Origin: a virus
Virus record (IMG/VR): IMGVR_UViG_3300045974_000166
Span: 96,001-160,000 of that record
Length of the DNA stretch: 64,000 nucleotides
Reading direction: 5' to 3' (one strand)
The notes beneath the pieces were generated by a model. The model had not been told where the DNA came from and ran no database searches. It saw nothing but the letters and a program-made list of their open reading frames with translations. The position numbers and the translations under genes were made by a program. Below, in pieces: positions 19,426 through 28,852 of this stretch. Numbering within the stretch: the stretch's first letter is position 1; each line of letters starts with the position of its first letter.

Positions 19426-19896
19426 ATGGATTACAATACTCTAAAGCAGAATTCGTTCCAGTTCTCAATTGAAAGAATTCCAGAAACGATGTTCAAGGTA
19501 ACTTCAGTTAACCTGCCTAATGTTTCTGTACCTGCTCCAATGGCTTCATCGGCCGCATCGAACCAATGGTTTCCAGGTTCTACGTCAGAATTTGCACAAT
19601 TAGATCTCACATTCATCGTTGATGAAAATCTAAAGAATTACGAAGAACTTTTCCGTTGGATTACACAGCAACGCTTTGCGATTGGTGATGACTATATTTC
19701 TAAAAATGTGAATGAAGAAAAATTAGTATCCGATGGTACTTTACTGACGCTCACTAATGCTTCGAATCCTAACCGTGTAATCAAATTCTACGATATGTTT
19801 CCTACTAATGTCTCGGCACTGAACTTTAATACTCATTCTTCGGACATCGTAGAATGTACGGTTACTTTTTATCTTTCTCGGTTCGTTTTCGCATAA
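19426..19896 (+). CDS. gp3: Tail tube terminator / tail completion protein
   Basis: N.L..N.F.F.I.R.P...F....VNLP.VS, F..L..TFIVDENL.NY.E...WI, F.D.FP...S.L.F. Confidence 0.85.
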   Translation: MDYNTLKQNSFQFSIERIPETMFKVTSVNLPNVSVPAPMASSAASNQWFPGSTSEFAQLDLTFIVDENLKNYEELFRWITQQRFAIGDDYISKNVNEEKLVSDGTLLTLTNASNPNRVIKFYDMFPTNVSALNFNTHSSDIVECTVTFYLSRFVFA

Positions 19897-19990
19897 AACC
19901 GATTTTGACCCTTATAAGTTATTGATCTATAAAGGTATTTTCGGTCGTTTTCCGAGAATCTCGAGTTTCCGATGGTCTATACAGCAAAAT

Positions 19991-20018
19991 TTTACTTTCT
20001 TCTGTATCCATTTATAAT
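19991..20018 (+). promoter_or_regulatory. Sigma70-type promoter upstream of uvsY
   Basis: TTTACT-16nt-TATAAT. Confidence 0.5.
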
Positions 20019-20036
20019 GAAATTTTGAACTAAAAT

Positions 20037-20477
20037 ATGCTAACAAATGAAGAATTAATGGCCCAATGGGCATTAGATTGTAAAATAGACCAGTCGCGAC
20101 TCTCAGAGAGAATGTCTTCTCACCCCATTCTGCACTCGAAATATCTTACATTTCTCCAAACGTACAAAATCAAACTCCGGACACTTTCTCTTAAGTACCA
20201 GAAACGTCGGCAGCTCATGACAAAATACTACAATGGTGAGATGACCGAAGATGAACTGATGGGTAATTACTTGAAGCAATGGCTTTACAAGAAACCTCTG
20301 CGGTCTGAAATGGAAAGCCTTCTTGATGCCGATGAATCTTTACAGCTGATCAAAGAACAAATTCTTTATATAGAAACTATGATTCAGGCATGTGAAAGCA
20401 TTCTCAAGGATGTAGGCAATCAATACTACTTGTTTAAATCAATAGTCGACCAAAACAAATTTTTATCAGGAGTTTAA
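20037..20477 (+). CDS. uvsY: Recombination mediator UvsY
   Basis: W..DC.ID.......S..P.LHSKYL, K.YY.G, LDADE..; synteny with uvsW. Confidence 0.88.
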   Translation: MLTNEELMAQWALDCKIDQSRLSERMSSHPILHSKYLTFLQTYKIKLRTLSLKYQKRRQLMTKYYNGEMTEDELMGNYLKQWLYKKPLRSEMESLLDADESLQLIKEQILYIETMIQACESILKDVGNQYYLFKSIVDQNKFLSGV

Positions 20478-20478
20478 T

Positions 20479-20745
20479 ATGAATGCAGGTGCAATTGCTA
20501 TAGCTACGGAACTAATGATCCGCTCGGACAAGAAGATGGTAGAAAAGATCTTCGATTGGATTGAGATGAATGTAAACGGTCAGCATATGTATGTGGATCA
20601 CAAGGCCGATTGTACTTATATCATTGGTGAATCTGATCTATTTGACACCCCAGTTCTGCTCAATGACTATCCGGTGTACAATTTGATCTATGAAAAACGT
20701 AAAGGCTTTATGCTGTACAAAACTGTGTCAACTGTTAAGTTATGA
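20479..20745 (+). CDS. Hypothetical protein
   Basis: Packed ORF between uvsY and uvsW. Confidence 0.6.
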   Translation: MNAGAIAIATELMIRSDKKMVEKIFDWIEMNVNGQHMYVDHKADCTYIIGESDLFDTPVLLNDYPVYNLIYEKRKGFMLYKTVSTVKL

Positions 20746-22226
20746 CCGACATCGTTGTCACTAAACTCAACGAGTCTTTTGTCAGAGTAAAGTCCGATCC
20801 CGACATAGCACGAGAAATCTCAGACGTCTACACATTTGAAATTCCTGGTGCCAAGTTTACACCATTGTATAAGATGGGAAGGTGGGATGGAAAAATCCGC
20901 ATCTTCAATATTGGAGCCAGAACTCTACCATACGGTCTGGCTAATGAGCTCAAAAAGTTTGCCGAAGAAAGAAACTACTCATTCGAGCTTGACATTCCAG
21001 ACATGACCGATGCAGGTCTAACATACAAAGATGTAGCAGATTTTGCATCCACTCTGGGTATTGACAAAAGAATTCCACCTATTGAGATCCGTGACTACCA
21101 GATCAATGGTGCTTTCCAAGCACTAAAGAACAAACGTGCAATTCTCCATGCTGCCACTGGAGCCGGTAAATCTCTAGTTCTGTTTATCATCTGCCGTTAC
21201 ATCGTAGAAGAACTACAGATGCGAGTGCTTATTGTTGTACCGACAATCTCACTTACATCTCAAATGAAGTCTGACTTTGCCGATTATGCATCTGGCACAG
21301 ATTGGTCAGCCGATGTTAATGTTCATTGTATCTCAGCAGGAGCCGATAAGAACGTTAAGAAACCTATCACAGTCTCTACATTCCAATCTATTTACAAGAT
21401 GGATTCAGATTGGTTAAACCAGTACGGTTGCATCATTGGAGACGAAGGGCACAAAATTGTAGCCAAGACGATCACAGGTATATATGAACGCGCCACAGAA
21501 GTGCAGTACAAACTTGCCTGTACAGGTACTCTGCATGACATGAAGTGCAACATTTTGGTAATGAAAGGCATCACGGGAGATGTCCATGAAATTGCTACGA
21601 CTTCAACTCTGATTGAGAACAAACAGCTTGTACCGTTGACTATCAAGGCGATTATTCTCAACCACCCAGATCATGTCGCTAAGGCATTTAAGAAGGCAGA
21701 ATATGATGACGAAATTAGGTACATAGTTTCTCTGTCAAAGCGAAATGAATTTGTCGCTAAACTTGCCTCCCAGTGCAAAGGAACGACTCTGGTGCTTTTT
21801 AGGTTCGTAGATCTACAAGGCACTGCTCTATATAGTTTAGTCTGTGACAAGGCACCAACTCGAAATGTTCACTATATCGATGGCACAGTCACGGGTAAGG
21901 ACCGAGAACTCATTCGGAAAGATGCCAATACAGGTGATGACATTATTGTTGCGAGCTATGCAGTTTTTTCTACCGGAGTTAATCTCCCAGCTATCGAGAA
22001 CATCATCTTTGCCCACCCTGCAAAATCTGCCATTACCATCATCCAGTCAATCGGCCGCGGCCTGAGACTCAAAGAAGGTAAAGATAAATGTACTTTATAC
22101 GATATTTCAGATAATATGACATACGGTAAAAAGCCAAATATTTCTTATAGGCATCTAGGTGACCGATTAGGAACTTACACTAAGAATGGCTTCACCTATT
22201 CTATGGTAAATGTAAACTTTAAATGA
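20742..22226 (+). CDS. uvsW: DNA/RNA helicase UvsW
   Basis: WDGKIRIF, RDYQ, ATGAGKS Walker A, DEGH, STGVN, QSIGRGLR. Confidence 0.96.
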   Translation: MTDIVVTKLNESFVRVKSDPDIAREISDVYTFEIPGAKFTPLYKMGRWDGKIRIFNIGARTLPYGLANELKKFAEERNYSFELDIPDMTDAGLTYKDVADFASTLGIDKRIPPIEIRDYQINGAFQALKNKRAILHAATGAGKSLVLFIICRYIVEELQMRVLIVVPTISLTSQMKSDFADYASGTDWSADVNVHCISAGADKNVKKPITVSTFQSIYKMDSDWLNQYGCIIGDEGHKIVAKTITGIYERATEVQYKLACTGTLHDMKCNILVMKGITGDVHEIATTSTLIENKQLVPLTIKAIILNHPDHVAKAFKKAEYDDEIRYIVSLSKRNEFVAKLASQCKGTTLVLFRFVDLQGTALYSLVCDKAPTRNVHYIDGTVTGKDRELIRKDANTGDDIIVASYAVFSTGVNLPAIENIIFAHPAKSAITIIQSIGRGLRLKEGKDKCTLYDISDNMTYGKKPNISYRHLGDRLGTYTKNGFTYSMVNVNFK

Positions 22227-22240
22227 AAGGTGAACTTTAA

Positions 22241-22639
22241 ATGTCTAAAATTGCTAAAATTGAACATCCTTGTTTTGCTGTAAAATTATCCTCGGGAGAA
22301 ACTTTACTTACTGGCTCCTCTTATGTGGCAGAAGGGATGATGTTTTTTCTATACCCACTAAAGATAAATTTTACTCCTGTCCTTTTTGATGATAAAATTG
22401 TAACACAATACATTCCAACGCTGTACCAACCTTTTGGAGACAATAAATATATCCCCATCATTGCAGAACATGTTATTTCTATCCTAAAGGCTTCTGAAGC
22501 CGATACAAGATTTTACAACAATTCTCTTCATGGACTTATAATTGAAGAAACTAGAAGGTTGTTGGCTTTTGATTCTATAATGAATAGAGTCGATTATGAA
22601 GACAAATTAATTATGGCCCCACCAAATGCAATTCAATGA
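22241..22639 (+). CDS. Hypothetical protein (possible Sm-like fold)
   Basis: VKLSSGETL...P... pattern common downstream of uvsW in T4-like phages. Confidence 0.55.
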   Translation: MSKIAKIEHPCFAVKLSSGETLLTGSSYVAEGMMFFLYPLKINFTPVLFDDKIVTQYIPTLYQPFGDNKYIPIIAEHVISILKASEADTRFYNNSLHGLIIEETRRLLAFDSIMNRVDYEDKLIMAPPNAIQ

Positions 22640-23657
22640 TGACTATTTTCTTCAAGTTTCATATGCTAAAATTTTAGGATCTAGGTTAGAAAGATTCCGG
22701 GTTAAAAAAGAATCTCCATTTTTGGCTGCGGCCAGATGTCCAGTCTGTGGTGATTCTGCTAAGGTAAAAACAAAGACACGATTTCAACTCTATGAGAAAA
22801 ATCATTCAATAAACTGTCTTTGCTTTAATTGTGGTCTTTCGACTACTCTAACTAGTTTCTTAAAGACTCACTATAAGCAGTTGTTTGATGAATTCATATT
22901 TGAGAAATTTAGACATAATGCACCAGCTGCAAAAAAAGAATTCGTACCGGAAATAGTAAAATATGAACAGTGTGACGAACCAGATGAATTGAAGTTGCAA
23001 TTGGTCTCTGACTTACCAGATGATCATTTTGCAAAGCAATACATAAAAGAGAGAAAACTTCCCGCTTACCCTTTTTATTATACGGACAAATTCTATGAAT
23101 ACTCTTCCCAGTTTAATGACACCTTCGAATCAAACACAAGAGACGAAGCCCGCATCATCATTCCCTTCTTCGACAGAAAAGGCAAGATCTTTGCGTACCA
23201 GGGAAGAGACCTTTCAGACCACTCAAACCAAAAATACATCACAGTCAAAATTAATGAAAAGACGCCTCTGTTATTTGGTTTCGAGCGACTTGACTTAAAT
23301 AAACCTATGACCTTGTTAGAAGGTCCTTTAGATTCTCTATTCATAGAAAATGCCATGGCATCTGTGAATGCATCTCTTGCGACTACTGCTAACTGGTTTT
23401 TAAAAGGAACTAAGATCAACAGTGATTTACTCACTGTTGTACTAGATAATGAACCGAGAAATAGAGCGGTAGTGAAGGAATATGAAAAAGCTATTGAGTC
23501 AGGATTAAAGATAGTAATCTGGCCAAAAGTCGTTGAACAATACAAAGACATAAACAACATGATTATCCATGGAATAGACCCAGTAACTCTGATCAAGAGT
23601 AATACATATAAGGGTTTAATGGCAAACTTAAAACTAAATGAATGGAAAAAGGTATAA
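22626..23657 (+). CDS. gp61: DNA primase
   Basis: RCPVCGDS...C.NCG zinc finger; IIPF......AYQGR, KYIT, EGPLDSLF, DNEPRN, KDIN. Confidence 0.96.
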   Translation: MQFNDDYFLQVSYAKILGSRLERFRVKKESPFLAAARCPVCGDSAKVKTKTRFQLYEKNHSINCLCFNCGLSTTLTSFLKTHYKQLFDEFIFEKFRHNAPAAKKEFVPEIVKYEQCDEPDELKLQLVSDLPDDHFAKQYIKERKLPAYPFYYTDKFYEYSSQFNDTFESNTRDEARIIIPFFDRKGKIFAYQGRDLSDHSNQKYITVKINEKTPLLFGFERLDLNKPMTLLEGPLDSLFIENAMASVNASLATTANWFLKGTKINSDLLTVVLDNEPRNRAVVKEYEKAIESGLKIVIWPKVVEQYKDINNMIIHGIDPVTLIKSNTYKGLMANLKLNEWKKV

Positions 23658-23662
23658 ACACA

Positions 23663-25888
23663 ATGACACAAGAACGAGAATATTCAGGTAACCTAATGCT
23701 GGCGGAATCAAAATTTTATATGGGTTACTCTAGATGGGATGAAGCTAAGGGTGGGTATGAAACATGGGAGGAATCGGTAGCTCGTGTAATGAATATGCAT
23801 CGGAATAAGTACGCTAATATCATGTCTCCGGAATTGGATGAAGCATTGAAATTTGCCCAAGCCGCATACACCGAGAAACTTGTACTTGGTGCTCAACGTG
23901 CTCTACAGTTCGGTGGTGAACAGATCTTCAAACATGAATCTCGTATGTACAACTGTTCGGTCTCCTATGCCGACAGGCCAGCATTCTTTAATGAATGTAT
24001 GTATCTTATGCTTTCTGGTTGTGGTGTTGGTTTCTCAGTTGGTAAGAAACGTATCGCCAAACTTCCAAACATTGCTCGGCGTTCTCAAAAGAAGGTTAAA
24101 CTCTATCAGATTCCAGATTCTATTGAGGGTTGGTCAGAAGCATTTGGTGTTCTGTTAAGTTCATATTTCACAGAGGGTGCAACTCACCCAGAGTACCGCG
24201 GTTGCCAAGTTCACTTTGACTTTACTAAAATTCGCCCAGAAGGTGCTAAAATCTCTGGTGGTTTTAAGGCACCAGGTCCAGACGGTCTCCGTGCTGCTCT
24301 GATCAAATGTGAAGATGTTCTTGAAAATCTTCTAATTGAGAAACCTGTATCTAGACTAAATACTATTTCGGCATATGACTTTGTGATGCACATGTCTGAT
24401 GCCGTTCTTTCTGGTGGTGTTCGGCGCTCGGCAACTATTTGTGTATTTGATAAAGATGATCAGGCTATGTTGAATGCCAAAACTGGTGATTGGTTTGTTT
24501 CTAATCCTCAGCGCGGTCGTTCGAATAACTCTGCTCTCATTATCCGTGATGATCTTGAACGTGACGAATGGGCTCTAATTATGAAGTCCGTTAAAGAATT
24601 TGGTGAGCCAGGATTCATCTTTGCCGACTCAGATGACTTCATGTTCAATCCATGTGTTGAGATTGGTATGTTACCACAGACCGAAGATGGTCGCTCTGGT
24701 TTCCAATTCTGTAACCTCACAGAGATCAATGGTCGTAAGTGTGTAGACAAAGAAACTTTCCTACGTGCTTGCCGTGCATCCGCAATTCTTGGTACTGTCC
24801 AAGCGGGGTATACAAACTTCAAATACGTCTCGAAAGAAACAAAAGAGATTACAGACCGTGAAGCTCTCATTGGTTGTTCTATTACCGGTTGGATGAACAA
24901 TCCAGACATTCTGTTCGACAAAGACAACATGATTGAAGGTGCTAGATTAGTACTGGAAGTCAATGCTCAAATTGCCGACCTTATTGGTATCAACCATGCA
25001 GCTCGCGGTACTTGTGTGAAACCATCTGGCAATGCATCGACACTTCTTACTTCTGCATCAGGTATTCATGGAGAACATGCCGAGCAATTATTCCGTCATG
25101 TACAAATGAATGTGAATGACGAAGTTGCCAAGCATATTATGGACATCAATCCAAAAATGGTAGAGAAATCTGTGTGGTCATCCAACGGTACCGATATTGT
25201 GGTGGCATTCCCAATTGTTACCAAACCGGGTTCTAAGTACAAGTCCGAATTGCTCGGTGTAAAACAACTTGAGTATGTAAAACTTGCTCAACAGTACTGG
25301 GTCGAATACGGCACCAATGTAGAACTCTGTGCTCATCCAAAACTACGCCACAATGTTTCCAACACTATTACCGTAGACAACTGGGATGAAGTTGAGCAAT
25401 ATCTGTTTGACAACCGTGAGTTCTTTGCTGGTGTTTCTCTTATGGCAGGTTCTGGTGATAAGGCCTATGCTCAGGCTCCATTCACTGAGGTACTTACTTT
25501 TGAAAAGATTGTGAAAATTCATGGTGAAGGTTCCTTGTTTGCATCAGGTCTGATCGTTGAAGCACTCCGTGCCTACAATGAGAATCTTTGGTTGGCCTGT
25601 GACACAATGCAGGGTAAGGGTCTCAAACTCTCGGCTGAATCTGAAGATCTGCTTAAACGTGATTGGATTCGTAGAGCAACTAAATTTGCTTCTAATTATT
25701 TCAATGATGATCTCGACCGTATGATCGCTTGTCTTAAGGATTGTTACAATCTGCACAAGTGGAGTAACATCGTTAGGTCTATGTACTACATAGACTTCTC
25801 AAAAGAACTTCAGGCTCAGCAGTACGTAAGTGTAGATTCTTTGGCTGGTGCAGCTTGTTCTGGAGGAACATGTGAATTAGTTTGGTGA
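23663..25888 (+). CDS. nrdJ: Class II (adenosylcobalamin-dependent) ribonucleotide reductase
   Basis: YNC, GCGVGFS, GGVRRSA, NPCVEI, FCNLTEIN, TCVKPSGNAS; no beta subunit gene adjacent; likely start ATG 23663 (track start 23642). Confidence 0.85.
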   Translation: MTQEREYSGNLMLAESKFYMGYSRWDEAKGGYETWEESVARVMNMHRNKYANIMSPELDEALKFAQAAYTEKLVLGAQRALQFGGEQIFKHESRMYNCSVSYADRPAFFNECMYLMLSGCGVGFSVGKKRIAKLPNIARRSQKKVKLYQIPDSIEGWSEAFGVLLSSYFTEGATHPEYRGCQVHFDFTKIRPEGAKISGGFKAPGPDGLRAALIKCEDVLENLLIEKPVSRLNTISAYDFVMHMSDAVLSGGVRRSATICVFDKDDQAMLNAKTGDWFVSNPQRGRSNNSALIIRDDLERDEWALIMKSVKEFGEPGFIFADSDDFMFNPCVEIGMLPQTEDGRSGFQFCNLTEINGRKCVDKETFLRACRASAILGTVQAGYTNFKYVSKETKEITDREALIGCSITGWMNNPDILFDKDNMIEGARLVLEVNAQIADLIGINHAARGTCVKPSGNASTLLTSASGIHGEHAEQLFRHVQMNVNDEVAKHIMDINPKMVEKSVWSSNGTDIVVAFPIVTKPGSKYKSELLGVKQLEYVKLAQQYWVEYGTNVELCAHPKLRHNVSNTITVDNWDEVEQYLFDNREFFAGVSLMAGSGDKAYAQAPFTEVLTFEKIVKIHGEGSLFASGLIVEALRAYNENLWLACDTMQGKGLKLSAESEDLLKRDWIRRATKFASNYFNDDLDRMIACLKDCYNLHKWSNIVRSMYYIDFSKELQAQQYVSVDSLAGAACSGGTCELVW

Positions 25889-25892
25889 TTGC

Positions 25893-25900
25893 ATTAAATA
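25893..25900 (+). promoter_or_regulatory. T4-type late promoter (ATTAAATA) followed by hairpin 25901-25925
   Basis: ATTAAATA then TCTACCAGA-gtaactt-TCTGGTAGA. Confidence 0.45.
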
Positions 25901-25927
25901 TCTACCAGAGTAACTTTCTGGTAGATT

Positions 25928-26383
25928 ATGACTTGGATTTATGAAAACGAGCCGGTGACTGAGGTAGACCCAAAGTACATCGGCTTTATATATAGAATTA
26001 CGAATTTGATAGATGGCCGCATGTACATAGGTAAGAAAAAATCTACGTTCAAAAAGACATCTATCAAAACTGTAAAATTGAAGAATGGCGAAAAGAGAAA
26101 GAAAAAAATTCGATCTTTAGTTCCATCTGACTGGGATACCTATTATGGATCTTCGGAAGAATTAAAGAAAGATGTAGAAACTCTTGGTAAAGAAAATTTC
26201 AAACGAGAAATTACCAGGTGGTGTCGTACACTAACAGAGCTGACATATTTCGAAGCCCGAGAGCAGTTTGTTAGTGATTGTCTTTTATATCCAGATAAAT
26301 TCTATAATGCTTGGATTTCATGCAGAACTCGCAGAGATCATTTACTAAAATACGCACAAAATGAAAGTTGTATTAAAATCTAA
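25928..26383 (+). CDS. GIY-YIG family endonuclease-like protein
   Basis: GFIYRITNLIDGRMYIGKK...W..YYGSS..L..D....G...F.REI. Confidence 0.85.
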   Translation: MTWIYENEPVTEVDPKYIGFIYRITNLIDGRMYIGKKKSTFKKTSIKTVKLKNGEKRKKKIRSLVPSDWDTYYGSSEELKKDVETLGKENFKREITRWCRTLTELTYFEAREQFVSDCLLYPDKFYNAWISCRTRRDHLLKYAQNESCIKI

Positions 26384-26564
26384 AGAAGTAGTTGATGAAC
26401 TACCTTTTTATATTATTAAGAAGGTAATCTACATCTATGATACAGAACATTGCTTTATACTGCTTAGCAATCTGGCTCATACATTCATTGACGAATATGA
26501 AATTTCTTTCATTATAGATTCGCAAGGTATTGTGAATCCAAAGTCGATCAAAATAGTAAACTAA
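26361..26564 (+). CDS. Hypothetical protein
   Basis: Packed ORF. Confidence 0.45.
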   Translation: MKVVLKSKEVVDELPFYIIKKVIYIYDTEHCFILLSNLAHTFIDEYEISFIIDSQGIVNPKSIKIVN

Positions 26565-26567
26565 CGC

Positions 26568-27221
26568 GTGAGGTCGTTCCTCACACAAACTAAGATGAAA
26601 CCTAACAAACTGCCTCCAAAGGCATCACAGAAGCCTTTTGCTTCTATTCTCAAAAGTAAAGCCTTTGATATTTTTAAGTATTCTACTTATGTTGTACTTG
26701 CATTAGCAATTTTGAGTGGAATGATATATCTTGATGTGCCTAAACAACCTGTGGTCGTGCAAAAATCTACTCAAGAAACTGAGATATTTCTTTTGAGCAA
26801 AACTGCCTCTATCATTGCCCGCGATGGCGCTATTCCTTTAGAATTGGCCAAGAAATATGCACTATGGATTTATGAGGCTGCAGCCAAGTACTCTCTTGAT
26901 CCTGTACTACTACTTTCTGTGATGTACACTGAGTCTGGTTTTAACTATAAAGCAGTTTCTGCCTCTGGTCCCATTGGACTATTCCAAATTGCAGCATCAC
27001 AGCATAAAGACAAAACCACTTATGTAGCTCTATTTGATCCACATAACAATATTATGGTTGGTGCACAGATCATCAGAGAATATGCAGATCGATCTAAAAA
27101 TATGGTAGAAACTTTGCTACGTTATAGCGGCACATTGGGTGAACCACCAGACTATGCTAATAAGGTCCTAAATACCAAAAAGCGGTACGACAATGAAATT
27201 ATGAAAGCGATGGCACTATGA
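26568..27221 (+). CDS. Membrane-anchored lytic transglycosylase (SLT domain)
   Basis: N-terminal TM (YVVLALAILSGMIYL); LLLSVMYTESGFN..AVS..G.IGLFQI, NI..GAQI..EY, L.RY.G. Confidence 0.85.
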   Translation: MRSFLTQTKMKPNKLPPKASQKPFASILKSKAFDIFKYSTYVVLALAILSGMIYLDVPKQPVVVQKSTQETEIFLLSKTASIIARDGAIPLELAKKYALWIYEAAAKYSLDPVLLLSVMYTESGFNYKAVSASGPIGLFQIAASQHKDKTTYVALFDPHNNIMVGAQIIREYADRSKNMVETLLRYSGTLGEPPDYANKVLNTKKRYDNEIMKAMAL

Positions 27222-27403
27222 ATTACACTCTAGAGGTAAAAGAAGCAGAAAACGGAGAACTGTATATTGAGTTTCCGTCTGAGATGATGGAAGCGCTTGG
27301 CTGGGCAGCAGGTGACACTTTGAATTTTGCCGTACAAGATGATGGTTCTATAATCATTAAAAATTGTACATGCAATTTTCTGCGTGATATAATTAAATCT
27401 TAG
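27218..27403 (+). CDS. AbrB/MazE-like DNA-binding domain protein
   Basis: GELYIEFP.EMMEALGW..GDTL.F....DG.III. Confidence 0.7.
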   Translation: MNYTLEVKEAENGELYIEFPSEMMEALGWAAGDTLNFAVQDDGSIIIKNCTCNFLRDIIKS

Positions 27404-27437
27404 ATGAAAACAGTTATTGAAATTTAAATCTTCAACC

Positions 27438-27445
27438 ATTAAATA
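27438..27445 (+). promoter_or_regulatory. T4-type late promoter upstream of the radical SAM gene
   Basis: ATTAAATA, same variant as in front of gp18 and ORF 15286. Confidence 0.5.
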
Positions 27446-27465
27446 GATAAAAGAAAGTTACCAGC

Positions 27466-28527
27466 ATGATAGAAATCCCAAACGGTTTTAGTAGAGAACA
27501 AATTGCCGCGGCCATATCACCTCGGCATCTTCATTTAACACTATTGCCAACGGAGAAATGTAATTTTCGTTGTACATATTGTTATGAAACGTTCGAAAAT
27601 GGCCGGATGAGTGAAGACGTCGTACAAGGTGTAAAATCTTTAATTGAACATCGAGCTAAGGACGGCCTTGATCTATTATCAATATCGTGGTTCGGTGGGG
27701 AACCACTTTTAGCACCAACTGTTGTTTTAGATATTATTACACGCGTCAGAGAACTCAAGGAAAAATATAACTTTGCAGTCAAGGGTGGCTTTACCACAAA
27801 TGGTTACTTACTTACTAAACAACTAGCAACCGAGTTAATTCGACTAGATCAATGGTTTTTTCAAATATCACTTGATGGTTGGGAAACCACACATGATCAA
27901 ACTAGAGTATTGGTTAATGGTAACGGCACATTTGATACCATTTTTAAGAATTTAGTTGCAATGAAGGACATTAAACAAGATTTTAATGTGCAATTACGTC
28001 TTCATCAAACTACTCAAAATGAAGAATCTATGGAGAAGTTAGGGCGAGAATTATATAAAGTTTTTAATGGAGATGATAGATTTACGTATGATATTCAGGA
28101 CGTTCGTGACTTGGGCGGGGACAAAGGAAAGAATATTGAAAAGTTACCAAAAAATTATTTTGAAATTAGAAGAGATAAATTGATTGCCATACTTTTCCCA
28201 GAGAATTTAAGAAATTCTGTAGACAAACACCACGAAGAAATAAAGGGAAATCCAGTATCATATATTTGTTATGCATCAAAACCGAATCATTTTTTGATTA
28301 GGTCAACGGGAAGAATTGGTAAATGTACTGTTGCATTAGAGGATGAACGGAATGATATAGGCGAACTTCATATAGATGGATCAATGACATTCGATAACGA
28401 TTTGCTAATGCAATGGTCGAAGGGCTTTAATACATTTGATCAAAAGAATCTTGCGTGTCCAGCCTGGAAGGTTGAGATGCCAAAAACGAGCAAACGCATT
28501 ATTCCAATTGGCGTAGCTACAACCTAG
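27466..28527 (+). CDS. Radical SAM peptide maturase with a Twitch/SPASM-like C-terminal domain
   Basis: CNFRCTYC (CX3CX2C), WFGGEPLL, TTNGYLL, QISLDG; C-terminal CYASKPN...GRIGKC...ACP cysteines. Confidence 0.9.
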   Translation: MIEIPNGFSREQIAAAISPRHLHLTLLPTEKCNFRCTYCYETFENGRMSEDVVQGVKSLIEHRAKDGLDLLSISWFGGEPLLAPTVVLDIITRVRELKEKYNFAVKGGFTTNGYLLTKQLATELIRLDQWFFQISLDGWETTHDQTRVLVNGNGTFDTIFKNLVAMKDIKQDFNVQLRLHQTTQNEESMEKLGRELYKVFNGDDRFTYDIQDVRDLGGDKGKNIEKLPKNYFEIRRDKLIAILFPENLRNSVDKHHEEIKGNPVSYICYASKPNHFLIRSTGRIGKCTVALEDERNDIGELHIDGSMTFDNDLLMQWSKGFNTFDQKNLACPAWKVEMPKTSKRIIPIGVATT

Positions 28528-28566
28528 GTTGTAATAATTTAAATTGGCTTTTAAAGGAAAATAGAA

Positions 28567-28785
28567 ATGAAATTCTCAGTAAATAAATTCGGTAAAACTA
28601 TGTTGAATGACGAAATGCTTTCGTCGATTGAAGCTAATGTGTCATTGGCCACGGCCGGTGGCCAGACTACCACCAATTCTAAGAATTGCAGTAGTTCAAC
28701 AAATGAAGTGTGTAGAAACACCGGTGATTGTACTAACGCCAATAATACACTTGTTTGTACTGGCACCAAAGTACTCCCTCAGTAA
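28567..28785 (+). CDS. RiPP precursor peptide (GG leader plus Asn/Cys-rich core)
   Basis: 72 aa, strong RBS (AAGGAA); leader ends ...L.DEML...ATAGG; core QTTTNSKNCSSSTNEVCRNTGDCTNANNTLVCTGTKVLPQ. Confidence 0.8.
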   Translation: MKFSVNKFGKTMLNDEMLSSIEANVSLATAGGQTTTNSKNCSSSTNEVCRNTGDCTNANNTLVCTGTKVLPQ

Positions 28786-28816
28786 GTAGTAATTATTTAA
28801 AATAGTCTAGTTTAGA

Positions 28817-28844
28817 TTTTAGGGGAAACTAGTTTCCCCTAAAA
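28817..28844. terminator. Perfect 28-bp palindrome between precursor and transporter genes
   Basis: TTTTAGGGGAAACT-AGTTTCCCCTAAAA. Confidence 0.7.
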
Positions 28845-28852
28845 AGTATATT

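Noticed and set aside
19897-19990. Imperfect inverted repeats between gp3 and uvsY as an origin or ncRNA
   Set aside because: Pairing is weak and AT-rich with no second copy found, so there is not enough support.
23663-26383. Intron or intein in nrdJ with the GIY-YIG gene as its homing endonuclease
   Set aside because: nrdJ is one uninterrupted ORF of ordinary size with no intein motifs. The GIY-YIG gene is free-standing and of a type widespread in T4-like phages.
27466-28527. rSAM as an anaerobic RNR activase (NrdG) or queuosine/7-deazaguanine enzyme (QueE)
   Set aside because: It is too long, has C-terminal auxiliary cysteines, no nrdD or que genes are nearby, and its neighbours are a GG-leader peptide and a PCAT.
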